Shown piece after piece: positions 39,256 to 51,669 of a DNA stretch of 64,000 bases. The notes under the pieces were generated by a model. It saw only the letters and a list, made by a program, of their open reading frames with translations, had not been told where the DNA came from and ran no database searches. The stretch covers positions 392,019-456,018 of the forward strand of contig CM119263.1 of NCBI GenBank assembly GCA_051294375.1, in the 5' to 3' direction. Position 1 is the first letter of the stretch. Every line of letters starts with the position of its first letter. A program made the position numbers and the translations under genes. The DNA is from Paraspadella gotoi (taxonomy: Eukaryota > Animalia > Chaetognatha).

Positions 39256-40584
39256 CTTCTCTAAGCTCGATGTGCTTCTTTCATATTCTCCTCACATTCT
39301 CTCCAACTGACACGATCTCAGTAATTTTATTCGTCTATGATTCATTTCAAAATTTCATATTTCATTGATTTGTTTTCACGGACTCGTTTGTTCGTTTATC
39401 ATTTGTACTTCTAAATCGTTTTAAATTTTTCCGTTCAGACATTCGTTGAATGTTGACACGGTGACGCGATCGGCGCCAAATCTTAACGGAATCTCGATTC
39501 CCGATCCTTCTGTCGCCGCCTCCAACACGATGGCCTCCATAAGCAACAATCAGGTCCTGTCCTTTCTCTTTTTTCTCATTGGATCCTTGATTTCGCTAAA
39601 GAGCCAATCAGATTCCTAGAAAATACCGACCCTTTCGTCTCCAGATAAACAATCAGGTGGCGACAACGACTCTGGTCAGCGGACTCCACCATCAACAACA
39701 ACAACAACAAAATCTGCAACACCAACTGCAACATCAACAATTTCAAACGACTCAACAACATCAGCAACAACAACATCAGCCTCCCGTCAACAACAATGCC
39801 GTCCCCCACCAAGTTTCCGGTGCTGTCGTACAACCGGTGGTCAGACCCAAAGAACCGCGAGATGCCTCAGGTAGCTCGGATAATTGTAATAAATGATAAT
39901 GATAATAATAAAATTTTAATTCTCTAAGTTACATGTATCGTAAATCTTGGAACTCAGTCGTGACACCCAAAGTTCATTCTGTTTATTATGTTCATTCTGT
40001 TTATTCTGTTCTTTCTGTTTATTATTTTCATTATATTCATTCTATTCATTCTGTTCATTCTATTCATTTTGTTTATTCTTAAAATTATTTTATTTCCCCA
40101 TTTCATCAGCCTTCTTTCCTATCCAGTATTATTCTCTTTCTCATCTCCCTCTCAGTATCATCGCAGAAAATGGCTTCATCAAGTAGCTTATTTCGCTTGT
40201 CGCGCTTGTCTCGTTTGGCTCTTCTGCCTTTTCTACTATTTAATCCACTTTTTTTTTATTAAACATACTTCTTAATATTTAACATCACAGTCTTTGGGGC
40301 TTTCGGTTCTGAGCCATCGATTCCTGCGCAGCTGAGGAACAACGAACTTCCTTCGCCCCAGACGCTCAATCTCACCACGAACCGGTAGATGATAGGAAAT
40401 GACGAACAACCCCCTTTTATGATATCAATCCTGATAATAAGTTTGTTAATTTTTTTGGCTTATTAACTAAATCGTGCCGTATCATAAGGAGGACGAAAAA
40501 ACCTCGTTTTTTTTTCCGAGTCCGTTTATCTACCGAAATAAAGAGAAAACCTTAGCGGTTATTTGCGAAATACGTGGCTTTACA

Positions 40585-40662
<78 letters not shown>

Positions 40663-43600
40663 CCATCTTTCCCCTCCAGATCGGCGGTTGCGCTCCGCGG
40701 CGGCGCTGCGCAGGTATGTCGGTGCGTTCAACGCGATAACACGGATCCGCCACTCAACGATTTGTACGCCCCATCGACTGACATGTTTTCCCCGCCAGAC
40801 GGGTGAGTTCATTTCACAGGATCGCATGGACCCATGATAATATTCAATTTGGGCTAATTTCATAACATAAACAATACTATACAATAGACATATTAGTATA
40901 ATAATTTTTCTTAATGCCTGAAAGAAACCAAATACACTGTTTAGAATTTTACTGCCAGATATTACTATACTTATTTACTTGGTTCATATTACGTATATGA
41001 ATATATACAGCCAGTTTGTTACCAACTGATGACATAACACTCTTCAACTTCCAACCATCCTTCCAACTCTTTTGTCAGCGGCTTCTCGGCCTGGATCGTC
41101 TGCTTCACGGCCTTTTGGACCAACGGCGTCATCTTCGGAATCCTCAACTCCTTCGGGGTCATCCTCGTGGACGTCGTCGCAATTTACGAGAAGCAAGGAA
41201 TGAGTCATTCCACCTTCAAATGCAGTGAGTGATTTAGTTGATTGGTTTTGTTTATGGTTGAGCTATGGATACATTGAAGTATAATTAATGAAATTGGTAC
41301 AACCAATATAAAAATTATCCATTCATTTAATAAATTATGTAATGATATTACGTCCCCCATAGCGTGGATCGGATCCGTATGCATAGGAACTACTTTCCTC
41401 TTCTCGTCTCTCTCCTCATACATGACAGATCAATGGGGCATGAGGAAAACGGCCGCATTGGGCGGACTCATGGCTTGGTCAGGTGAGCTCTCGGAATGAA
41501 CTTCACAAATTTGAATAAGAATGGATTTTGTTAAAATGTTTAAGGTTCTTATTTCGTAATGACAACCTTTATCGGCAGGAATGTTCACTTCCTCCTTCGT
41601 CTGCTCCTCGCTTCCTTCTCTCTTCACGACCTACGGAGTCGTTTTAGGCTCCGGATTTTCCCTTAGCTACACGCCATCTCTAGTAATTTTAGGTAATAAT
41701 ATTTCCCCCTTTTGTTTATTAATTATTTGAACAAATTTAACCGTCTTTTCAGGTCATTACTTCAAGCGGCGCCTGGCTATAGTCAATTACTTAGTTACGT
41801 CAGGTACGTTATGCTTACTACGATTCAATTAGCTGACAAAATCCCTTTCAACTTTGCCGTTGTTGTAAACTCGTTTGCAGGCAGCGCCATCTTCACTATG
41901 TTTATGCCAATTCTTGTCCGTTGGTTTTTGTATCACGTAGGATTGAAAACCACATTTCAGGTGAGTGTGATGTGACTAATAATAAGTCAGCAGAGATCAA
42001 CGAAAAACCAATGTCATCCCTCGCGAATTGTCCTTTTGTCTCCAGATCCTCTCAGCCTTTTGTCTTTCCCTGATCGCCTGCGCGGCCACCTGGCGTCCGA
42101 TCGCCTTCACTTCGATGAACGGATATGCGGACGAAGACGAGGTTGACGCGGATCTGCAAAACAAGTCCGTTGATCATTTGTTTTTGAATAACTGGATCGG
42201 TCCGATCCGATGTTTACGGAATTGATATTCACGCATTCCTCTTTGATTTTTTCTTTTGTTTTTTAAGAAACCCGGTAACCCGATTTTGNNNNNNNNNNNN
42301 NNNNNNNNNNNNNNNNNNNNNNNNNNNNNNNNNNNNNNNNNNNNNNNNNNNNNNNNNNNNNNNNNNNNNNNNNNNNNNNNNNNNNNNNNNNNNNNNNNNN
42401 NNNNNNNNNNNNNNNNNNNNNNNNNNNNNNNNNNNNNNNNNNNNNNNNNNNNNNNNNNNNNNNNNNNNNNNNNNNNNNNNNNNNNNNNNNNNNNNNNNNN
42501 NNNNNNNNNNNNNNNNNNNNNNNNNNNNNNNNNNNNNNNNNNNNNNNNNNNNNNNNNNNNNNNNNNNNNNNNNNNNNNNNNNNNNNNNNNNNNNNNNNNN
42601 NNNNNNNNNNNNNNNNNNNNNNNNNNNNNNNNNNNNNNNNNNNNNNNNNNNNNNNNNNNNNNNNNNNNNNNNNNNNNNNNNNNNNNNNNNNNNNNNNNNN
42701 NNNNNNNNNNNNNNNNNNNNNNNNNNNNNNNNNNNNNNNNNNNNNNNNNNNNNNNNNNNNNNNNNNNNNNNNNNNNNNNNNNNNNNNNNNNNNNNNNNNN
42801 NNNNNNNNNNNAAATTTGGAGAAATAATCGCTACGTTCTTTACATTGTTGCCATTATCGTTGGCCTTTTTGGTTACTTTATTCCCTACTTCCATTTGGTA
42901 AGTTCGGTATGACTTCGGGGGGCTTATATTTTTCTAATCATGTAATATTAGTAATAATGTTCATCTTTTTATTGATAAAACTCGATAGAACAATTAGGCA
43001 GAAAAAAATTATTAATCACGGAGTAGACAAAGGATAACACTTAACAGTCAAAAACAAATTAAAATGAACAACGACTAAGATGATTTTTAACGCTTTTGAT
43101 AAAATAATTCATTTGTATCGATTTGTAGAAAAATTGTATTTAAAGTGACCACTGAGAATTATTTTTTGTTTGTTTTTTTTTTTCGCGAAATAAGATCTAC
43201 AGAATATTTCGATAAATTTACGACAGGATGATAAACATGTCTCGGGTGTCTTCTAGCCAAATTCTTTTTTTATCTTTCGTCTTTAGAAAAGAGTTTCTAT
43301 CTCGTCCTTGAGTAACAAATAATCCACGATCCTCTCGGGCAGCGGCAGCTTCGACGGCTCCTCGATGACTCCGCGCATGCGCTTTCCAATCGTTCGTCGC
43401 GTATGAAGGCGGCAGAGATCGCGCAGAGGAAGCGGCCTCTGCCAGAGAAAGTCCACGCACCATTGGAAGCCCTGACGGGGAAAGACTTAATGTTATTTAT
43501 CTTTAAAAAGGAGTGTCAATACATACATATAATTTCTATTTGTAATTGTTAAGAGATCTAACCTGCATGTCTTCGTCGAGACCGGGAGGGTTTAGAGAGA

Positions 43601-44598
43601 GAACGCGCAGACCGGAGGAGGGAAGTCCACCGTTGACTTCCTCATCGTCGTCGGTCTCATCGTCGTCGTCGTCGTCGTCGCTGCTGCTCGAACTTCTTCG
43701 GATTTCATCTTCGTCGTCGTCGTCGTCGTCCTCTCTAACGTTGTTTTCTATCGTCGTTGTCGTAGTCCGCTTCCTCTTCGCCGCGTTCCGGTTTTCGAGT
43801 CGCCTCTGCATTTTTCTCAATCTTCCCTGGAGAAAATACATAATCGATTTAAATTTATTATTTTTTTTTTACATATGTACATAATTTTCGTGTCTGATAC
43901 ACTTTTAACCTGAAGTATCTCCACGTTGAAATAAGCGCCGGCGAGAACGAGAAGTCTAGAGACGCTCCAGAGGTTGGATTCCGCCGCCAAATCCACGGGA
44001 GTGTTGAGGAAGGCGTTGGGGATGCTGACGTCCGCTCCGTGCCGGAGAAGGACCTGGAGAAAAAATAGGAGAAAATGTGGGAAAAATAAATGTGAATCTT
44101 AATTTAGTTCTGAGTTTAGCATCCAAGCAAACCTTGACACAGCCGAGAATCAGCTTTTGATTGGCATGAGATTCGGCACAGTGACTCAACAATTCCGTCA
44201 AGGGTGTGCTGATGTCGCTCCAGCTCGTCGCGTTCACTTGATTTCCGCCCTCGTGCTTCAGAAGCAGTTCTAAAACGGATGGTTTACTTTAAATCAATAA
44301 TTATTAGTTTTTGTAATGAATTAAAAACTAAAAACTAGGATTGAAAAGGATTAAGAAGTCAACTGACCTAGAATGGGCAGCTGTTGATCTCTGGCCGCGT
44401 AATGAATCGGCCATCTTTTCGATCTGTCGGCGAATTTCCAATCCGCTCCGGCCTCCATTAACATCTCCACGGCGCGGGCGTCGCCTAGTAAGAGGCGGGG
44501 ATTCAAAGAAAATTAATCGGTCAAGATAAATTTCTCCCCTTCGGCCTTTCTTTCTTTCTTTCTTCTTTCTTTCTTTCTTTCTTCTCTTTTTTTTCTTT

Positions 44599-44637
<39 letters not shown>

Positions 44638-44651
44638 TTTCCTTCCATTTA

Positions 44652-44691
<40 letters not shown>

Positions 44692-47600
44692 TTTCTTTCT
44701 TTCTTTCTTCTTTCTTTCTTTTTTTTTTCCCATTTCTTTCTTTATTTTTTTTCCCATTTTCTTTTACCTTCCAATGTTGCCAGGTGGATGGGGGCGAGAG
44801 AGTAGGCGTCCCTCAAGTTGAGTCTAATATTCGGGGCGGAGAGAATGAGGCGAAGACATTGGGACATCCTTCTCCGGGCGCGGGGTACTCCGTGGAAGAA
44901 GTAGAAAATGGGGGTTTGACACTGAATTAGGCCGAAAATGAGTTTATTTTAAGTTTTTTATTGTTTGTTTTGAAAACATTTTTTAAAAAGGAATTAAAAA
45001 ATGTTGTATAAGTAACCACGCTTAAAAATCTGACCTGATCGTCCCTGGAATTGACTTTGGATCCGTATTTAAGGAGCACATGGATGAGTTGAGGATTGTG
45101 CTGCCTGCAGGCCTCGTGCAGAGCCGTTTTGCCATGCCCGGTCTTCAGATCGACGATCGATTGGTCGTGCTGCAGCACCAATTCGGCCGCCGTCGCAACT
45201 TCCTCGAAGATGCTCTCGGCGCGCTGCTTGGCCAGGCAATGCAGCACGGTGGTGTCGCCGTCGCCGTCATCACCGAGCCGCGGATCCGCGTTGGAAGATT
45301 TGAGAAGAAATCGCACGACGTCCACGTGGCCGTTGTAGCAGGCGTGAGCAAGAGGAGTCCACTTTAGGTGGTCTCTGAGGAATAATGAAATGGTTTGTTT
45401 AGAGGAAAAGATCATTTTTGCTAATGCGTACGCTTGGAAACGGGGCAACTTGACTCACCCATTAATGATAACAATTATGAATTAATGAGAATTTCATTTC
45501 AGATCAAGAATGATACAGTAGCATCCATCAGCAACAAAACAAATATAGAATTAAGAGAGTAACGTGAAAGAAAACTAATCTCCGAGATTACCCAGCGTCC
45601 GCCACCGTTTTCTGACATTCTTTCGAAAAGCGTTCCCCGACCTGCAATTGACTCTTGCTCCAGCCGCGCACAATTTGGCCACTAAACCCGAATTCCCGTT
45701 CAGCGCCGAATACATGACGGGAGTCCATCCCTTCCGATCGCGATAATTTACTTCGCCGCGAAAGGAGCGCGGATCCGATTCTATTTTCTGAAAAGTGTTG
45801 AGGAATGAAATAATTCAATGATCAAAGTACAAACTATTCGTTAAATGAAATGAAAATCGTATGACGGTACATGTTTACGATACAAGGTTTAAATCGAAAA
45901 TTATTTATTCTCCCAACGGCAATAATAACAATCACTATCAAGTGGTCATGAAAAGATTTATCCGACGAAGTTGGTCACCCTTAAGAGGACTGAACTAAGA
46001 GACTATCTCCTGAGAGGCCCATCACCTGACCTTACCCTTAACAAAAACCCGGCCATCTCGTCGTTGTTCAAACAGCAGGCGAGCCCGAGCGGTGAGTGGA
46101 TGAAGTGTCTCCACTTGAGGCTCACGGGCGACTCGTCCACGATGCGGCGAACAGCCTCTACGTCTCGAGACCGGATTTCTTCGAAGAGCCGCTTCTGCTG
46201 CTCGAAGGGAATGTCGAGAAACATGAAGGGCGGGGAGTGGAGGTGTTGACGAGAGCGTTGAGGGAGGGTCGAGTCGGAATCGTCTTCTGAGAAAATTGAT
46301 TTGATATCATTGGTTTATTTTATTTATTTTTATTTTTTTGTTGATTGATCATGAAACAAAATCGTCGATTTCACCCGTGAGGGAATTTCCTGGTTATCGA
46401 TTTATTTATTTATTTATTTATTTATTTTATATTAAAAAGATAAGTTTTAATCATGAGACGAAAAAATTTACCTTCCGACTGAAACTCGGACAAGTTGAGA
46501 AAACATGAACAAGTTTTCTCTTCCATCTTGTATTTTTAAAAAAAAATCTATTTTTAAGTTTATGGCTTCCGATCCTTGAATTTCGGAAAAGTCAAAGATG
46601 CTGGTCATCTCGAATTTTCGCCAGAGCTGATCCGATTAAGTTCAATTGGTTACTTTGGGTCAGTTCGAATTAGTATAGCGTGCTGCCAAGAGGCGATAAA
46701 GAAAGGTTTTTGACAAAATACATGTTTTGGAGAATGCCCTGTAGGTTATTTTTTTCACGGTAGGGCAGAGAGGATGTGAAAGAAACAAAAAAAGTGCCAT
46801 CTCTGAAACCTATAAAATCTTAAAGTACACCCATGAGACACTTAATGTGGTAGGTCAGTAAAATTCGATAAAGGCAGGATTTTTTAAAATTTTGTAACTA
46901 AAAACCTTATAACGATAACCACCTCAAGAAAATATAGATACAAATTATCCGATTTAAAATTTAATCTGGCCGGCTAAGTCAAAATTATACCTAAAAAACT
47001 CGAAAAGGAGCTGTTGATACGTCTTACGTGTTGTTATGTGCGGTGTGTTCGTAAACAGTTTTCATCGTGCTAAGGTTTAGTGTCCTCACCTGTAGTGGTT
47101 GTTGTACCACTATCACTTCCGCTGCCAGACAACACTTCAGCCGCCATTTTTTTTCGATGTTGTTGTTGCTGTTTTTTACAAAAAATTCAGGAGTTTTTTG
47201 TCTTTTATTCTCAAAATTAAGTTTTTATTTTTAATGTGAACAATTATCAAATAAATATGTTGCAGTTGCTGAGCGACTAGTTTTTCAAATTGAGGTTTCG
47301 TTTTCAAGTTTATTCATTTTTTTTTTACAGTTTTCGTTACATTTGCGATTCGAGATTCAGCGCGTTGAGCTTTTTTAACGAAAGTTTAAAAAAAATATCG
47401 AGGCTGATTTTTTTTTTTTTTAACGAAGAAGATCGTGGGCGACCGACTTCATCTTCGTGAGAATAATCGTGGTTATCATTTATCACATTAATATCTTTAT
47501 TGTATACATAAACATTATTACCATCTGTGGGTATAACATCTCGGAAGATAAAAAAAACTATTACATATTTTATCAAAATATCTGTTTAATATACAGGGGT

Positions 47601-50511
47601 GTAGTTAAAAAGGTCTGACAAATAAAGTCGGAAATTTTTTTCATTATTCACGTGACTTTCTGACGTCATCGCGTTAATCCATGTATCTCGTGACCCTGAG
47701 AGAGAGAGANNNNNNNNNNGAGAGAGAGATATGAGAAAAATTACGTCCTAAAACGCATCGAATTATGATACCGACAGAAAAACTACTTCATTTAACATTC
47801 TTTCATTAGTAAATGACGAGATACGAAACTAATTTAAAAATTAACTTAGCCAATATTTCAATATCTGTAGTTAGATTGATTTTTACTGAGCTCATATATA
47901 TATATATACATACATACCATATTTCTTTCTCATTTTCACATTCAACGATTTTGTATATAAAAATTATTTCTTAAATTTTCCTATCCATCCAAGTACGCCC
48001 TTAGCTAATTTTAAAAAATCCTAATAGTAAATTATAATTATAACTGATAAACCTCGTCTCTCCACTTTTTAGTTCAACTACGCGCAATCCTACTTCAACT
48101 GGACTTCGGTGTACGAGTCCTGCGTCCCGCCGGAGAAAATGTCGGAGACGAACAAAAACAATCTGGATCTTCGATGCAGAAGTTCAGCCGCTTTGCTGAT
48201 AACCTGCATTGGTTTCACTTCTGGTCAGAAGAAATTGCTAATTTCAGTCAGTCAGTTATTGTCAGTTTTTTCCTTGATCAAAGTCGAAACGAAGACGTGT
48301 GTACACTGGACAGTAGACTAGACATTGATCAAAGATCAAAGAAATTCATTTTTGTCAATGTTTTCTCGTTTAATTTCTATAGAGGATAATATTATAATTA
48401 TTATTACCAAATTTATTTAACTTTTGGAGACGGTCACATTGACAATACCCAACTCTCGCTTTACCTTTACACAGGCGCCAGTCGGGTCGTCTTCGGTCGA
48501 CTCGCCGACCTCAGCTGGGTGAACCGCCTCCGCCTCCAACAGGCGGCGCTTGTGATGATCGGTGTCTGCGCGGCGCTCATTCCATTTATTCCTCGGACGA
48601 CTTTCTCGCCTCTGGTGGTGGTCTGCCTTTTCTTGGGTCAGTTTGGAGAAGGGAAGATAAAATAGGGTTAAAGGATTGATGTTTGGATGGCTTTAGACTG
48701 GGATTGGAACCATCCTGAGAAGACCCTATTTGCTTATTGTTCCAACTCAGTGGCAATATGGCCTGTTTATTTATTTATTGAACGAATGGAAATTGGTACA
48801 TCGGATTATCTGAGTTGGAACAATGAACAAATTAGAAAATGCTTATATTGCCTCTTACAAGTCATTACCCTTACAGGACTCTGCCAGCTTTTAATAAAGA
48901 ATCGCCTTTTAACTCTGAAAGCAATGAAGTGGTATTCGAATAAAATCGCATATATTATGGCAACAGCCGGGTTCCCTGTGATGCCCATTGAGATGGGGCA
49001 TCTCACTGTTGACTTTAGGGGCTTCCGACACTCAGTGCCACCGCCTGCCACTGGCGCAGTTACCCTAGGACGGTCGTTAGGACTGTCGATGGAAAGTAAC
49101 GATTGGGATGGTGCGTTCCCCCTCTGAGCCAATGGGATTAGCATAATGATGGTGGATGTGAGTCGGTGTGAATATACTGCTACAGTATACTGTTTTTTAC
49201 TTTCTCTTACAGTAAGGGGGAGAAACGTAAAATGTAATTGTTATGGTTTTGGGTTAAAGATCTCTGAATATCTTTTGATCGACCCCCTTACAAAAAATAT
49301 CAGGTTGAGGCGGTGTATTTCTAGATCGACTGACTGACCCCCTTACAAAAAATCTCAGGTCTCTGAATATCTTTAGATCGACTCACTGACCCCCTTGCAA
49401 AAAATTTTAGGTCTCTGAATATCTCTGGATTGACTGACTGACCCCTTTACAAAAAATCTACGGTCTCTGAATATCTTTAGATCGACTGACTGACCCCCTT
49501 GCAAAAAATCTCAAGTCTCTGAATATCTCTAGATTGACTGACTGACCCCCTTTAACAAAATCTCAGGTCTTTTCGACGGATGCTTTGTGTGTCTCCTCGG
49601 TCCAATTGTCTTCGACATCGTCGGACCTCAAAACGCGTCACACGGGATCGGCTTTTTGTTGGGCCTCCTGTCGATTCCGATGATCACTGGACCTCCTCTC
49701 GCCGGTGAGGTCGTGCTTTTCTTATCACTATCACTATCTTATCACTATCTTATCATTCCACGAGATTTCGCTGGATAATCAATCGTCATGATTGACTAAT
49801 ATTTAATAATACTAATAATAATTGAGAAATTAATAATACTAATAATAATTGAGAAATCTATCAAATACGGTTGCTTGACTTTCCAAATTTAACAATTCAT
49901 ACAAATTTCTTTTAAAACTAACTGTAATAACTTTTTATAGTAGTATTTTTTTTACAGTACATGTCTTTTAAAAATCTTAGGCTGGATTTTTGATTACACT
50001 GGAGAATACAAGATGGCGTTTTGGGTGGCGGGTGCTCCTCCTCTTCTTGGCTTTTTCCTCCTCTTTTTCGTTCGGCGCGTCACGCAGGTAAAGGATTGTA
50101 TTTAAAAAGTTTTTACCGCCAATCGCATGCAATTAGTAGTCACAGTTTAATCTTATTTTAACTAAAGAAATTGCTTTTCTCGATCCCCCGACGTTCAGTA
50201 TTACCCCAAATGTAACGCCAACCAAACGACCAACTTTGCAAATGATTAGTGACCTTGTACAGGTGCGAGAGAAAGTTGTGAGCTACTGTGAAACAATTAT
50301 ACTTAATTATTAATTCGTCGAAATTAATTTCAGTTCTCGCGGTTCCTGCGATTTCTTCTCTGTGAAATTGGCAAAGTCAGGTACGTGATTTATTAAAACT
50401 TTATTCAAAGCCAAGGGCAAAGAACAGAAATCTTTTTAGTTTTTTTAAAATTTAGCTACATATTTATTTTTGCAGGTGCGCGAATTGGTCGAACTTCAGG
50501 AAAAAATTTAA
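37658..50511 (+). CDS. SLC16 monocarboxylate/aromatic amino-acid transporter, MCT10/MCT8 (SLC16A10/A2)-like, with long N-terminal extension
   Basis: Phase-consistent exons 37658-37911, 38270-38458, 38701-38871, 39439-39553, 39645-39870, 40291-40384, 40680-40802, 41079-41224, 41363-41482, 41579-41692, 41753-41803, 41881-41960, 42046-~42164, [N gap], ~42812-42897, 48073-48223, 48475-48636, 49567-49704, 49981-50087, 50476-50511 (last exon uncertain). Motifs PPDGGFSAW, YTPSLVILGHYFKRRL, FGYFIPYFHL, GLFDGCF, GFLLGLLSIPMITGPPLAG. Confidence 0.9.
43283..46526 (-). CDS. Ankyrin-repeat and SOCS-box protein (ASB-like E3 substrate adaptor), 10 exons, ~598 aa, nested in an SLC16 intron
   Basis: Exons 46526-46472, 46286-46036, 45787-45642, 45374-45035, 44921-44768, 44484-44368, 44269-44133, 44053-43910, 43826-43563, 43471-43283. 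Ankyrin motifs (WTPLAHACYNGHVDVVRFLL, GKTALHEACRQHNPQLIHVLLKYG), an acidic linker, and a C-terminal SOCS box PLPLRDLCRLHTRRTIG...LPLPERIVDYL. Confidence 0.88.
49259..49570 (+). repeat. ~52-bp tandem array reiterating branch point and splice acceptor of an SLC16 exon (~6 copies)
   Basis: Unit GACTGACTGACCCCCTT.CAAAAAATCTCAG|GTCT; the last copy is the true acceptor at 49566. Confidence 0.9.
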
Positions 50512-50809
50512 TAAAAAATGGAAAAAAAAATAGGAAAATAACTTTTAAACTCAGTTTAATGTAGACCTCACCAAGCTGACAAGGTTTAAATCACCAATGT
50601 GACCACCCAAAGCCTTATTCAAATTCCATATGTAAAGTCAAAAGCAAAAGTCGACACCGAAAGCCAAATCCATGACAGTGAAAAACAAAAGTGAATGTTG
50701 CTACATATTTTGTCAATGGAACCAAAACGGAAGAACTAACCTGGTCGTTCTTAACTCTTTATGTTCTCCCCGTCTAATCAAACAGTCGTGATAAGCTATT
50801 GTATTGTGC

Positions 50810-50874
<65 letters not shown>

Positions 50875-51669
50875 TTTTCTCTCTCTTTTCTTTCTTTCTT
50901 TCTTTCTTTCTTTTTTCTTTCTTTCTCTCTTTCTTTCTTTCTTTGTTGTACCTCTATATCACAGCATGTGTGTATCTGCGAATTCACCTGGCAATCATTT
51001 GTTTTTTTTCCCACCTGTATAATTAAATTTGCAGTTTGAAACTCGGCCCTTTTACTTTCCTCACTTTTTTAAACAGTTGGTACATTTGCTGAATTTCAAT
51101 TTTTGGCTAAAAAGATAGAAAAGTAATCGTAATAGATACTTAGATCAGCTGATGTTTTCAAAGTTATGAAATGTATGGATTTTCGCATATTTTATTTTCA
51201 CATAAAAACAAGTCGCAAAATTTTTTTCCAACAAAAACATAAAATGATTCTACTCAAACACACAATAACAATTTGTACTCTTGTGCCACCAATTTCTCGT
51301 GGACAACTTGGAACCTTGTCGTTCAACGTTTGAGGAACTTGACGCGTAATCTTTCGATGCAAATGTGACACAAAAAATTGTTGATGAAATCTGAATTCTT
51401 TACATTTTAGTTTAATAAACAATTATTTAGTATATGGGTAATAATGTTAGAATCATTAAATCATTTTAGTTTACTAATGATATAATTTAAAAATTATTAA
51501 ATAACATTTCGTATTTCTGATGCTGCTATGAAGGATAAATTAAATTTTATATCACATTTTAACAATCTTCTCAAAGAACCGTCTCCCACCGCCGCACGAC
51601 TTTCTGCCGAACAAACCCTGGTTACCAAATTTGACCTCTTCCACAACCCCAAGAAGATATGAGTCCTTC

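Noticed and set aside
42229-42912. ORFs spanning the N gap
   Set aside because: Artefacts of Ns; only 42812-42897 is a real SLC16 exon fragment.
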